Shown here piece by piece: positions 35,623 to 63,978 of a stretch of DNA of 64,000 nt. The position numbers were made by a program, and so were the translations under genes. Under the pieces are notes generated by a model, which did not search any database, was not told the origin of the DNA, and saw only the letters and a program-made list of their open reading frames with translations. The stretch comes from Schmidtea polychroa. Taxonomy: Eukaryota. The DNA lies in the NCBI GenBank assembly GCA_044892525.1, contig CM097885.1:8620001-8684000 (forward strand), given 5' to 3'. The first letter of the stretch is position 1. Each line of letters opens with the position of its first letter.

Positions 35623-36624
35623 TAGTTTCTTTTAATGTTTTTAGAACGCGACACGCGCCAAACGAAATGACTAGGCGTTACGTAACCTTGATTTTTAATA
35701 AAATAATAGAATATAACTATACATCACACCATCTATACAAGAACCAGTAAAGTTGAGAATCTCAATTAATGAGACCTCAACAAACCCATTTAAAATTTAT
35801 ATAATAATTATATATTATAATTGATGACAACTTGAGATTTTTCAAGTATTTGTTAGCTAATAAAGCTGCTGGAGAAATGAAATTCAAGAGGACCTGACAA
35901 TAAAGATGCAGGAAAAATCATCGGCATTTCCAATATATTTTTAAAGGATATTTTTTAAAATGAAATTTAAAATAAGTAAAAACAAATAATTTTTTAAACA
36001 TTAAATTTAAATTATACAGAATTGAACCATTTGTCTAATTGTGGCTCTGGAAATTCTGAGTTAACGATTTTCGGCTCCCGTCGGGATAAAGTCTGGCCAT
36101 TTCTGGTATATATCGTTGAAAAGAAAAAGAAATTCTCTACGTGAAAGCTTTTGTAATATCTTTAAAATCTTTTAAACTATATAAATACTTTGTACTCTTT
36201 AATCTAACCCAACCGTTCTGGTGCTGTGACTCCTAGCGACCCCAACAATAAAATTAATATGGTTGCTCCTCAGTCGTATTTTTGCAGTTAACTGTTACGT
36301 TGTAGACTATTAAACATCTGATTTTATATATATTTTATACTTAATGGCACCATATTTTTTGTTACCAGTTTGTTATATGTTTTGGTTAATATTGTTAAAA
36401 ATGAATTTGAAAAGAAATAAAATATTTACATTTACAATATATTCAGTATGTATTGTGCAATGTATATTACACAATTAAGAGTCACACACTATCGAAGCTA
36501 TTAACTTAAAGTTGGGGCTTTAATTTATAAAATTTGAAAATAAAATAAACCTGAAGAAAGAAAAGATTTTATTAATATTAATTATAACTACGAAAATGTT
36601 AGAGTGGCAAAACCGAAGAAGCGT

Positions 36625-38090
36625 CAGTGGAAAGACTGTGCTTGCTTCTTTCTTGCTAAATCAGAAATTCTTGGAACGGTTTTTGCAAGAGCATAACGCA
36701 GATCATCTTCGGCAACAAGTCTACTTCTGTATTTTTATTTGATAACCAACACGCTTGAAAAGCCTGTTTCACAAAGGTATGTTGTTGGAAAAGGAAGAAG
36801 CAGGCGCAAAACGATTACAGACAGAACAGGATATAAATGCAAACACTTGATCCAGAATTTGGTAATTGACATTGAAGAGAAATAATATTTTCCTGCATCG
36901 CTGATAATGAGTTCAATGAATTCCTCTTGTGCATTCTCAGGAAAATCTTCAACTCTGATGGTGAATGGACTTCTAGCAAGTGCAAATGGCGTATTAGGTA
37001 AATTTGGAAAATATCTTGAAATCTCTTCTTCAAGAATTTTAAAATTTTCTTAGACAGAAATTATTGTTCTATCCATTGTTTCCTGTTCAATGTCATTTTC
37101 CTCAAAGAAAGTAGATTAGTTCGACAACATATAAATTTTATTTTCATCCAATTTCGTTCGCCAAAGTTGAAGTTTCACAGTTGGAATGCTGGGATCTTTT
37201 TTGACAATCTAGGTATGGTGCAAAAATTTAAACCAAATAAGCAATTTTGTGAAGTTGTATTTTTCGCAAAAAAGTACTTCAAAGTGTGATTTAGGTTTTA
37301 AAAAACTTTTTGATTCATCACAAAGATGAAAAACACGTTTTTTCAAACTTGCCTCTGGACAACCATCTCACATCAGTGTGGAATAGGAGAACATTATTGA
37401 ATGCATCGAACTCACTGCAAAGTTTTGAAAACAAGTGGCTGTTTAAAGCACTAGCTTTTACAAAATTCACGGCATTTACAACATTTTTTGTTAATTCTTG
37501 AAATTTTGTTTTACAAAATCTTCATTGCTAACAGTTGTCGATGAATCGTACAGTGAGTTCCTATGACTTTCGGTGATGCATTGATTACCAACCGTTGAAA
37601 TCCAGATCTACACCCTAGCATTGCTGGAGCACAAACAAACACCACAAACATTTTCCCAAGGGATGTCATGATTTTGAAGAAATGGCCCAATTGTGTCAAA
37701 TACATCGTGTGCAGCAGTCATCGTTTCAATTGGCTTGCAAAAAATAAAACTCATCTTTGAATTCGCCTTCATTAATATACCTCACGTAAACCAGTAACTG
37801 AGAAAAGTTTGCCATATCTGTTGATTCATCAATCTAGATGCTAAATATTTCCAGGGAGCAGATTTCGTTTCTTGGATTACTTGCTCAATAATATCAGCAG
37901 GCACTTCATCTATTCTTCTACTTACGGTGTTCTTAGACAAGGACATTGTATCCAATTTGTTAACATATTCAACTCCAAGCATAACTCGAACAATGTCTTT
38001 GGTCGCTGGCAAAAGCAAGTCTTCGGCAATGGTGTGATGTTTCTAGGCTTTGGCGATTCTAATAGCCACCAAATATGAAGCTTCAATGGC
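36625..38090 (-). pseudogene. Decayed hAT (Charlie/Buster, ZBED5-like) transposase
   Basis: HTIAEDLLLPA, DESTD, HCTIHRQLLA, LLLPFPTTYLCETGFS; truncated at the (TA)n tract. Confidence 0.85.
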
Positions 38091-38092
38091 TG

Positions 38093-38202
<110 letters not shown>

Positions 38203-38298
38203 TGGTGAATAGTGAAGTAAAAAATATATAAGTGTAACGAAATACACTAAATGAAACATATTTATGTCAAAATAAGCATTAAAATGATTTTATGGCTA

Positions 38299-38718
38299 CA
38301 GGCCCCGGAAGAGGGGGGTCATGAGGGTCTTTTGGCATGGGCCTCTTAATTTAGGGGACCCTAAATAACACTATTTGATACTACATCAAACGATCAAAAA
38401 AATTATTTAAGATCAACCATGATACAGGATCGTGTAAATGGTCTGACGACGCTAAATATTAATTGGGATATGGCTAGACATTTGGACTATTATCAAATTA
38501 TAAGTTCTTTTGCAGCTTTAAAGGCGAGAAAAGCGCATTTTTAAATTTTAATTAATACTACCTTGATATTTATACTTTGATATTCGGAATATATATTTTT
38601 ATTTTTGAAATAATAAATTTTATATCAGGAAAAATTTCATTTGTTGTATATTTTTCATTATATAGGGGGCCACATATAATGTCAGACCTGGGCCTCCAAA
38701 AGGCTCTAACAGGCTCTG
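38299..38718 (+). mobile_element. Non-autonomous hAT (Tip100-like) element
   Basis: CAG...CTG ends, TSD TATGGCTA/TATGGATA, transposase tail KNYLRSTMIQDRVNGLTTLNI...FAALKARK. Confidence 0.8.
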
Positions 38719-39558
38719 TATGGATATGATTATGATGGCTCGCTGTAATTGAGTAAAAACGAAGATATTCTGAATAATTAAAGTAAACCCAATTCATAGT
38801 TATAGGTTTAATGAAGGAAAAGTTTTAATATGTTATCGAGAATTGTTCGGAGAAAGGGGCCTAAGGGGAAATTGGACTGTGATATTGCATACTACTTACT
38901 GAGATTTTAATTTTTATGGATTCTGCTGTCACTGTACCTCCTCCTATCCCTTTCATCGGTAGTCCATGGACTCAAGGTACACCGGATGCTAAACTGTTCG
39001 AGGTAGGAGCCAACTTTTGCCAATATCCATCTATCTAGAAAATTATGAGCAATGGGTGACAAGTTGTTTGATAATGTTATATCGTGGTGATGAAGTAGGT
39101 TAAAAGAATTTTATGAGTCATTGTTTTAATAGCGATCCAGAACTTGTTATTTAAACCTTAAGAAATGGAAGATGGAATTTTTGAAAAAAAATAAGATTTT
39201 CATAAATATATTCCAAATTATTTAACCCTTGTTATTAAAATATCAAAATGAATTTTCTAAAATATAATTCAATTTTTAATTATTTGAGAGATTTCTGTAC
39301 TTATTTAATTTCAATTTTTCTTTCTAAATTGTTCCTTATAATTTATATTAGTTTTCCAAAATAATCTGAGTACATTTTATTATATAATTAATTTTATTGT
39401 ACATTTTGTAATAAATACTTTGAATTCCAATGTTATGATTGAAATCTTTAAAACATTAAGAAATATTTCATTTGGTTAAATTACGTTGTTTAAATAATTT
39501 AAAGTTTTAAAATAAAAATTTATTAATATTATTATTTCAGATTATTATTTTGTTTTCA

Positions 39559-54538
<14,980 letters not shown>

Positions 54539-55254
54539 TTTATTCCTGAATCCCCCCTCTATATATATATGTTTAGTAAATATCGACTCGACTTATGTTT
54601 TTGTTCTCATTACATTTCCCTTCATCATTTACCGTATAATACAAAATATTAAATTCAGTCAATTTGAAATTTAATTTAACTTTTTAAAAACAATCAATAA
54701 TTTTAAAAATATCAGATTAATAGAAATTGCTTATAATTGACAATGATGAAAGTAAATAAATGTTTACCTTAATGTTAATGTTGTCTAATTGTAATGAGAT
54801 TTATAAGGTCTATTCTATGCTTTGACCCTTGTAGCTTATTGAAATGTGAGGGTGACAGGCCTCTAATCTTGCCCAATTTGATTTATGATCTGATGGGACT
54901 GGTTGGAAATATAAAAAAATCAGTGAATGCAATATATCAATCATAATTATAATTTATTGTGCCATTAGCCCCAATTGAAATTATCAATTTTGATATAGGG
55001 CCCCTTTTTGTCAGCCATAATTTTATTTCAAAAATTGAACATATGAAAACTACAATTTTATAGTCTTTCCTACAGGTATTTAGTCAAATTTGAGATCAAT
55101 AGAATAATCCGAATAAATGAACAAGAAATAGAAAAATATTTATTTAGAATGATTGATCAATGATAAAATAAATTAATTAAAAAATGAATTATTTATTAAA
55201 TTCAATCGCTTATTTGGTCTTGGGTAAAGCTATAACGTGTCCATCACAATGTCC

Positions 55255-55690
55255 ATTTTTTGCTTTTTTCTTGATTACATAATTATTGCAGTGGGTTACA
55301 CTTTTTCCCTGGAATTTTCAATACAAATAAATTTTTGCCTGACTATAGAGAAGAGCTCTCGATGGAAGGGTTCTCGCTAAAAAGCCAAGGATTTCTCTGA
55401 CTATAGTTTTTGGTCTCCTTGGTCTTAAGATTTTCAATACAAAAAGGAGGTCCTCGCTAAATATGCGCGGTAAATTTTTGAATTAAAGCAAATTATGGGT
55501 CAAAAAATTGAATTACAGTAAATTACGGGCTCAGTTTTTTGAATTATGGTCAATTATTTTAGAACAAATACGATGACTCATCATATTTTTAGAACAAAGA
55601 CGATGAATCATCTGATGACTCACCATAATTTTAGAGCAAAGACAATGACTCATGCGATGACTCATCATATTTTAGAACAAAGGCATCAAA
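55255..55690 (+). mobile_element. Polinton subterminal region (same family as 29182) with ATGACTCAT repeats; extreme end missing
   Basis: TTGATTACATAATT, AAAGCCAAGG, GACTATAG and GAATTACAGTAAATT shared with 29250-29560; CAAAGACAATGACTCAT shared with the 16185 TIR. Confidence 0.7.
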
Positions 55691-55722
55691 ATTTATCCTA
55701 TCACTTGATTATTATCACTTGA

Positions 55723-57852
55723 TTATATCTCTGTGTTATTAAAATTGTCTGTATCCCCGGCTATGATATTTATTTGGCAATTGAACTGTGCTCGATATTT
55801 TGACAGTTCAATATATTGTAGTTCATACATTCTAAGTTTAGATAAGTCTAGCACTGTTTGACCAATGTAGCTAGGCCTATCTAAACAAACTACATCTTTA
55901 TTCAGCAAAAGGGCAATCAAATCATCAGCAATTTTAATTGAACGTCTAAATGTTGGCTTTGAAGTGTATTTAACCAATTTTTCGGCATTGTTGCACAATC
56001 TCAGATTTATTCTTTTCTTCAGATTCTCCACTGTCTTGCCGTAAACACTATTATTTAAAAGTTTATAAAAATCTCTATCTAAACTATTTTGTGATTCAGC
56101 TCGAAGTTGGGTATTTGTGTTGATATAATCCTTCAATATCGGCTTTTGTGTAAATTTTATTGCCCGATGTATATTGGTGACTTCCACTCCAAGGGCCATA
56201 TATAATTTCAAAAGTCTCCAATGAATAACATAATTAGTTTTCGCATGATGGGTTAATAATAATTTTGGTACATTTGAATCTGGTGGACACATTTTCTCTG
56301 CTACGACTGGGAAATCGTCTAATAGGTCGTGGATATTTGACGGGATGACTAAATCAACTTCCAATGTGTATCCATAAGTTAAATTTTCTAGTTTCGAACT
56401 AATACAGTCAACTAAAATGGATAATAATTCCACTTCATTATATATCCACTCAAAATCGCTACATGGCAAGTATTGGCTTAACGCCCACCCATACAGGTTG
56501 TTTATATCGATATAAAGCAACTCTGTTTCATCATCTGTTACTGCGAAGTGTTTATTTACAAATGTGAGACCACCACGGATCCCATCCTCGAAGAAATTAT
56601 ACATCTCCATGTCCATCAGTAATTCCACTGGTTCTTCTAAGGTCATGAGCGCAGATGCCCAAGACATTCCAGGGATTCCAAAAAAATTGAGTGGCTCGAG
56701 TCCATTATGTGCTTTTGATCTTGCTCGAAATTGTTGGAAAAAATCGGCAAGTAAAAACACATCAAGTTTTAAATAAATTTGTAAATAATCCATTAGAGTT
56801 TCGCAACTTGTTTCTTGCCATATTTGTTGCGCTATTATATACTCTTCATTTGTAACGCCTTCCCAAATAGCGGGCAATTCATATGTTGTTTCTAATATTT
56901 CCTCACTTGTGGCAAAATCATAAGGAAAAATTCCTTTGTTGTTTATGATGGTTCCAGTATTGAATACTGAACGGGTCAAAGGCAATTCGTTCAATGTTTT
57001 TACTGCATTATGTAATGAAGTATTGACAAACTGATATGAGTCAATAAATCTTATTGTAAATTTACCCAGCCATGCTATCAATGTTAAAAATTTCTCTGTG
57101 CTTGTTGGTATGCAGCTGAGACTCCAATGAGGAAATTGATTGAGCCCATATTTCAAAATGTGATGTAGATCATACCCTTTCAGATTATGAAATACGATGG
57201 GTAATGTTTCTCTGATTTTCCTTTGTTGATTGCATACATTGCATGAGGCTCCGAGATATTTGCCAGTGAAATGATCATGGTCTTTCACTTTCTCTGGCAT
57301 TGGCTTTTTGCACAAGTAACAATTGACAGCTGTGTGGAATTGCAGCTTTTCCTGATTTGTCAAAAATTTCATTTGACAATGCCCACTTGTCTTATAATAA
57401 ACCTTCACTATATTGTTGACAATATTTTCTACATCCATCAGAAATCTGTATACACAATCTGGTCCAATAAAATGACTATATTTCGTTGACCCAGTAAAAT
57501 TATTTACCAGTAACAGCCCCGCTGCTATAGGTAAATGTTTTTGGTGTTGTCTTTCATCAAGAGGTAAAACAGCTTCGAAGTCAGCATATATAACAAAAGG
57601 CGGAGTTACCATTTTTGACCAGTCATTAAATTTTAAATCTGAGTTTTCTGGCAACGTGTATAATGTTGTGCCCAATTGGTTTTTCTTGCATAAAGCTACA
57701 TGCCTGTCAAAAGCATCTTCTCTTCTAAAACCATTTAAACATGTCTCGCACCATCTGCATTGAATACGGACTGGGCAACTATGAGTTTTTCTACAATTCA
57801 TTAATCGCTGTAAATCTGGAACTGCAGTATAGTGGTATTGGCCATTCGATTC
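55723..57852 (-). pseudogene. Protein-primed family B DNA polymerase of Polinton type, truncated at both ends
   Basis: Exo I YADFE, EndoVII-like CYLC..DHDHFTGKYLG..CN, Exo II FHNLKGYD, KGIFPYD, Exo III YLKLDV, GIRGG, motif A DINNLYG, motif B KLLNNSVYGKT, motif C GDTD followed at once by unrelated sequence. Confidence 0.93.
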
Positions 57853-59162
57853 TAAATTTATTTTTCACCGCTATACACCATAAAAATGGACAAGGGCAGC
57901 ATTTAGCTCACTATGTAAACTTTATTTAATGAGTTACAATATTATTGAATGCCCTTAGTTATTTCAAAATTGTTCAATTTTTTTTTTATCACAATTCATA
58001 TTTTTGAAATGAAGTTTCATTTATACTTTCATTATTTTTTATAATAAAATTCATGTTGAACGTCTTAATATAGTTAAAAAATATATATATTGTCTAATAA
58101 ATTTCATTTAAAATTTGAACTTTGTACTAATTTATTATATATGGCCCTTGGAGTGAAAGTCTCAATAATTCTCAATAATTTTAAGAAATTTATTTAAATC
58201 TAAATCTAAATCTAAATATCTAAATATTTACCAATAAACATCTGATTAAATATCATTTTTTTTTACTATTTTAAATTTTCTTAAACAAAGAACTATAGAA
58301 ATATGACAATTATTTAACAATCCATATACTTTTAATTTCACTTACATGAAATACTAGAAGTTTCGTGATGCAATCAAATTTTAAATTAATCTCATCTTAG
58401 TTGATTAATGTAAAAATAATATTGCAAATAAAAATTCGATTTTAAAATGAAGTTTTATTTATACTTTCATCATTTTTTTTTTATAATAAAATTAAAGTTG
58501 ATCGTCGTAATATAGTTAAAATAAACTAACAATAACTATATTAATATTGTCTAAAAAAATAATTTCAGTAAATATATTAACTTTGTACTTTTTTTTTTCA
58601 GTTTATACATCAATATATTTGTATTTATGTGATACGTATATTATTTATGCTTCAAAGGACTTGGGCAAAAATTTGAGTTGCATAAATGAACATTTTTATC
58701 TTCAAATCTGAAATTTTTATAATACAATTAAAATTGTTAATATTATATATTGAAAATCTGAAACATCAATTGTTTTTGTAGTCATACTTTTCTTTAACAG
58801 GTAAAGTATATAATTTCTTCACCTATTTTTCATGAAAATTGTTTTAGAAAATTATTCTCAGAGATATCAAAAGCAGAAGTTTATATTTTTTTAATTTGAC
58901 ATCAGTGACAGAATTCTGTTTATTTCTGGTATAATAAATATCTTTTCTATAATTAGATTACTTATAGTAAAAAATAATATTCCTTATCAATAATTAAAAT
59001 ATTGTCTAAAAAATAATTTCAGTAAATATATTAACTTTGTACTAATTTTAATTAATAATTAATATATTACTAATTTTCATTAATTTTAAGAAATTTATTT
59101 AAATGAATTCATCTAAATATTAACATCTGATTAAATATCATTTTTTACTAATTTAAATTTTC

Positions 59163-59420
59163 TTAAACAAAGAAATATATAACTAGAAATCTAAGTTAAA
59201 TTTTGTAATTTACTTACATTTTATCTTCTTTGCGAAATATTCAATAGTTCCAGCAGCACAAGCAACTGAATCATCAACTGAATCCTCATTAAAATTTCCT
59301 GGAAAAGACAATTAAGAATAAGCAATGAATTATTATTATTTAACTTTTTCGTCCATATTCGTTTGCAGGTATCGAAGTAACAAAATGTTCTTCAATTATG
59401 ACACAATCGCTATCTAGAAA

Positions 59421-59457
<37 letters not shown>

Positions 59458-59509
59458 TGAATTAAAAAATAATGAAAATACCATTTTCGTAATCGATGTC
59501 TGTGATCAT
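59163..59509 (-). CDS. Putative tiny 4-exon acidic gene next to a Polinton-like terminus
   Basis: Exons 59509-59482, 59413-59345, 59298-59218 and 59182-59163 join by phase-1 GT-AG introns: MITDIDYENDSDCVIIEEHF...EDSVDDSVACAAG...IYFFV*. Confidence 0.5.
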
Positions 59510-59702
59510 TATTTCTAAAGTTATTTTGTAATAATGAAAATGTTTATAATGAAAAGCATACTTTATTCTCCAGCCAATTAAAATTAAGATAGAAAATATA
59601 TTACGTTGTGGTATTTTAAAATTATTTTGTGAAAAGTGAAATAAATATGTGCTTAAATTAACTATGATCATAATTACATATTTTTATTTAAAATAAATAG
59701 AT

Positions 59703-59750
<48 letters not shown>

Positions 59751-60074
59751 TTTAAATGTCTGATAATGACCATTTTATTTTACCATTTATTTTACCCTTA
59801 TTTTGATTCGATTCAATTATGTATTATATATAGTAGACTTTCGAATGATATAAAACTTGTGTGTGAGTAAAACCGTCCATTATTTATTGCTCCTTATCAA
59901 TGTTTTCATATACAGGCACACATAGATTATCTGACCAAAATAAAACAAATATATATATAGTTTTCATAAATTTTAATCAAATTACATGTATTTTCTTAAA
60001 AAATTTTGATTTTACCCTTATTTATTTCCCTTTACACACATGACTAATGAAAATAACATAATGAAAATGACATT

Positions 60075-60168
60075 GATCTTAAAATTTGACCTTAAGTTGA
60101 CCTCAAAATTTTCTATGACCTTAAGTTGACCTTAACGATGAGTCATCGTGGGCTCACTTCTACCTACT
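60075..60168 (-). mobile_element. Right terminus of another Polinton-like element
   Basis: Ends CTACCTACT (reverse complement AGTAGGTAG) and carries AAATTTGACCTT and GATGAGTCAT, as in the main TIR. Confidence 0.6.
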
Positions 60169-60756
60169 TAGGTAATTGGTTTCTGGGTAGTTCACAAGTT
60201 TGACCAAACAGACAATGACGTGATTTACTTCTTGTTTTGCGAAATTGCTTATTTCTCTGTCCCTTCATAACTGCTCTTCTGTACTCAGCTCTGGCAAAAT
60301 AAAAGTGAATCATCAAGTTAACTTTTTTAATTAGGTCCAGCAAACACTTGACATCCAATCGAAACAAATTAAATTATCTGAGTTTAGACTGACTAGTAGT
60401 ATCCATGTGGATTATGTGTTGACTGTAGTGTGTGTGTGTTAGTATTGTTCAGAAGAAATTGTCTTTGTGAGTGCTTGTGTGAAGGTGCTTCCGTGAATTA
60501 ACCTCTCTATACATGCACGCTTGTGAATAGAGCATGTCAAAAATGGTCTTTCTGCAAGCGTGTGACTGCTTGCAGGATGAATTTACAATGGCACGTGTGC
60601 GAGCATTTTTACTGGGATAGTACTAATACATACAAACAAAAGTTGGGACCTGTAAACCCTTTTAAACAGCAGTCTTTTGCAGGGATATTTCATTTTCTAG
60701 CATAAGCACAACTTTTTAGGCATGTTTGGAGAAAAAAAAAATTTCGACCCACCCTA

Positions 60757-60933
60757 GTGAGCATGCAGCTATATCAGTATATTTTTATATAGTCTGCAGT
60801 GAGCATGCAGCTATATTTTTATATAGTCTGCAGTGAGCATGCAGCTATATAAGTATATTTTTATATAGTCTGCAGTGAGCATGCAGCTATATAAGTATAT
60901 TTCATATAGTGTGCAGTGAGCATGCAGCTATAT
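60757..60933. repeat. About 33-42-bp tandem repeat, 5 units (AGTGAGCATGCAGCTATAT core)
   Basis: Direct reading; lies just upstream of the RING array. Confidence 0.9.
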
Positions 60934-60941
60934 CAATTACT

Positions 60942-60991
<50 letters not shown>

Positions 60992-61010
60992 AAAACTTTA
61001 AACAGCTTGC

Positions 61011-61118
<108 letters not shown>

Positions 61119-61267
61119 CTTTAAACAGCTTGCAAGGTTACTAGTCATGCTTATTATACATTTGATGGTTACAATTTCTACATTTTGAAAACTATATTTT
61201 GATTGGCTATCACAATTTTATAAATGTAAGAACAAAAGTAATTTAGTTATTAAGAAATTTATTACTA

Positions 61268-61906
61268 ATGATTTCTATAAATAAAACTGATGAATGTGTA
61301 ACACATTTGGTAACTTTATTATTTTGTCAATATTTTTTTTATATATACCATTTATAGCAAGGAAGTCCTACTAGAAATAAGGAAAAATTATGTCCAACCT
61401 ATTCCGAAATTTCATTGAAATTTTTTAACAACACAGTTGAAGATTTTATAAATAATCATGATACTTACAGTGATAAGCAACTCATAAATATTTTAAAGAT
61501 TTTCAAACATTCCTCTATTGAATATTTGTTTGATTTATTTAATTATGAGAAATCCATTTTAAAGTTATCTTGTTATTTAATGTACTTAGAAAAAATAGCA
61601 GTAAACAATGATTCACTGAATGAATACTTTTGGAGTTGTATGTATTTAAGGTTGAAACCTGGATATAGTAGATTGATTTATGATTGGATAGCAAAAACCG
61701 ATTTGATTGAAAATAAGCTAACGAAAAAACTGAACGAGGTTAAGAAAAGGTATTTAACTTGTTCAATTTGTAAAGAAAATCGAGTTTCGGTTTTGTATTT
61801 ACCATGTGGTCATGTAATTGTTTGTTCTAAGTGTCACGAGAAGAATGTTCGCAAGTGTCAAGCCTGTTCAACATTGATTAATGAATATCATACTATATAT
61901 ATTTAG
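61268..61906 (+). CDS. C-terminal RING-finger (IAP/MDM2-like C3HC4) protein, 196 aa, copy 1
   Basis: ATG 61268, intron 61310-61357, CSIC..LPCGHVIVCSKC..CQAC..IYI at the extreme C-terminus; no BIR domain. Confidence 0.85.
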
Positions 61907-62060
61907 TTTACCTTTGTTAATTTTACATTATTTTATTGTTTAAATAAATGTATGTTTTGTTGATTTGTTGAGCGTGACCAGTACCCTTGTGAGCATTACC
62001 CATAGGGGGACAAAATATTTTGTCGGATAGACTCGGAGTATATAGACTCGGTGTATATAG

Positions 62061-62157
<97 letters not shown>

Positions 62158-62306
62158 CTTTAAACAGCTTGCAAGGTTACTAGTCATGCTTATTATACAT
62201 TTGATGGTTACAATTTCTACATTTTGAAAACTATATTTTGATTGGCTATCACAATTTTATAAATGTAAGAACAAAAGTAATTTAGTTATTAAGAAATTTA
62301 TTACTA

Positions 62307-62945
62307 ATGATTTCTATAAATAAAACTGATGAATGTGTAACACATTTGGTAACTTTATTATTTTGTCAATATTTTTTTTATATATACCATTTATAGCAAG
62401 GAAGTCCTACTAGAAATAAGGAAAAATTATGTCCAACCTATTCCGAAATTTCATTGAAATTTTTTAACAACACAGTTGAAGATTTTATAAATAATCATGA
62501 TACTTACAGTGATAAGCAACTCATAAATATTTTAAAGATTTTCAAACATTCCTCTATTGAATATTTGTTTGATTTATTTAATTATGAGAAATCCATTTTA
62601 AAGTTATCTTGTTATTTAATGTACTTAGAAAAAATAGCAGTAAACAATGATTCACTGAATGAATACTTTTGGAGTTGTATGTATTTAAGGTTGAAACCTG
62701 GATATAGTAGATTGATTTATGATTGGATAGCAAAAACCGATTTGATTGAAAATAAGCTAACGAAAAAACTGAACGAGGTTAAGAAAAGGTATTTAACTTG
62801 TTCAATTTGTAAAGAAAATCGAGTTTCGGTTTTGTATTTACCATGTGGTCATGTAATTGTTTGTTCTAAGTGTCACGAGAAGAATGTTCGCAAGTGTCAA
62901 GCCTGTTCAACATTGATTAATGAATATCATACTATATATATTTAG
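62307..62945 (+). CDS. RING-finger protein, copy 2
   Basis: Same protein as copy 1; period 1039 bp. Confidence 0.85.
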
Positions 62946-63099
62946 TTTACCTTTGTTAATTTTACATTATTTTATTGTTTAAATAAATGTATGTTTTGTT
63001 GATTTGTTGAGCGTGACCAGTACCCTTGTGAGCATTACCCATAGGGGGACAAAATATTTTGTCGGATAGACTCGGAGTATATAGACTCGGTGTATATAG

Positions 63100-63190
<91 letters not shown>

Positions 63191-63339
63191 CTTTAAACAG
63201 CTTGCAAGGTTACTAGTCATGCTTATTATACATTTGATGGTTACAATTTCTACATTTTGAAAACTATATTTTGATTGGCTATCACAATTTTATAAATGTA
63301 AGAACAAAAGTAATTTAGTTATTAAGAAATTTATTACTA

Positions 63340-63978
63340 ATGATTTCTATAAATAAAACTGATGAATGTGTAACACATTTGGTAACTTTATTATTTTGTC
63401 AATATTTTTTTTATATATACCATTTATAGCAAGGAAGTCCTACTAGAAATAAGGAAAAATTATGTCCAACCTATTCCGAAATTTCATTGAAATTTTTTAA
63501 CAACATAGTTGAAGATTTTATAAATAATCATGATACTTACAGTGATAAGCAACTCATAAATATTTTAAAGATTTTCAAACATTCCTCTATTGAATATTTG
63601 TTTGATTTATTTAATTATGAGAAATCCATTTTAAAGTTATCTTGTTATTTAATGTACTTAGAAAAAATAGCAGTAAACAATGATTCACTGAATGAATACT
63701 TTTGGAGTTGTATGTATTTAAGGTTGAAACCTGGATATAGTAGATTGATTTATGATTGGATAGCAAAAACCGATTTGATTGAAAATAAGCTAACGAAAAA
63801 ACTGAACGAGGTTAAGAAAAGGTATTTAACTTGTTCAATTTGTAAAGAAAATCGAGTTTCGGTTTTGTATTTACCATGTGGTCATGTAATTGTTTGTTCT
63901 AAGTGTCACGAGAAGAATGTTCGCAAGTGTCAAGCCTGTTCAACATTGATTAATGAATATCATACTATATATATTTAG
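63340..63978 (+). CDS. RING-finger protein, copy 3
   Basis: One T>I change; period 1033 bp; the array runs off the window. Confidence 0.85.

Noticed and set aside
61268..61906. Calling the RING gene an IAP
   Set aside because: There is no BIR (CxxC..H..C) domain; only the RING resembles IAP/MDM2.
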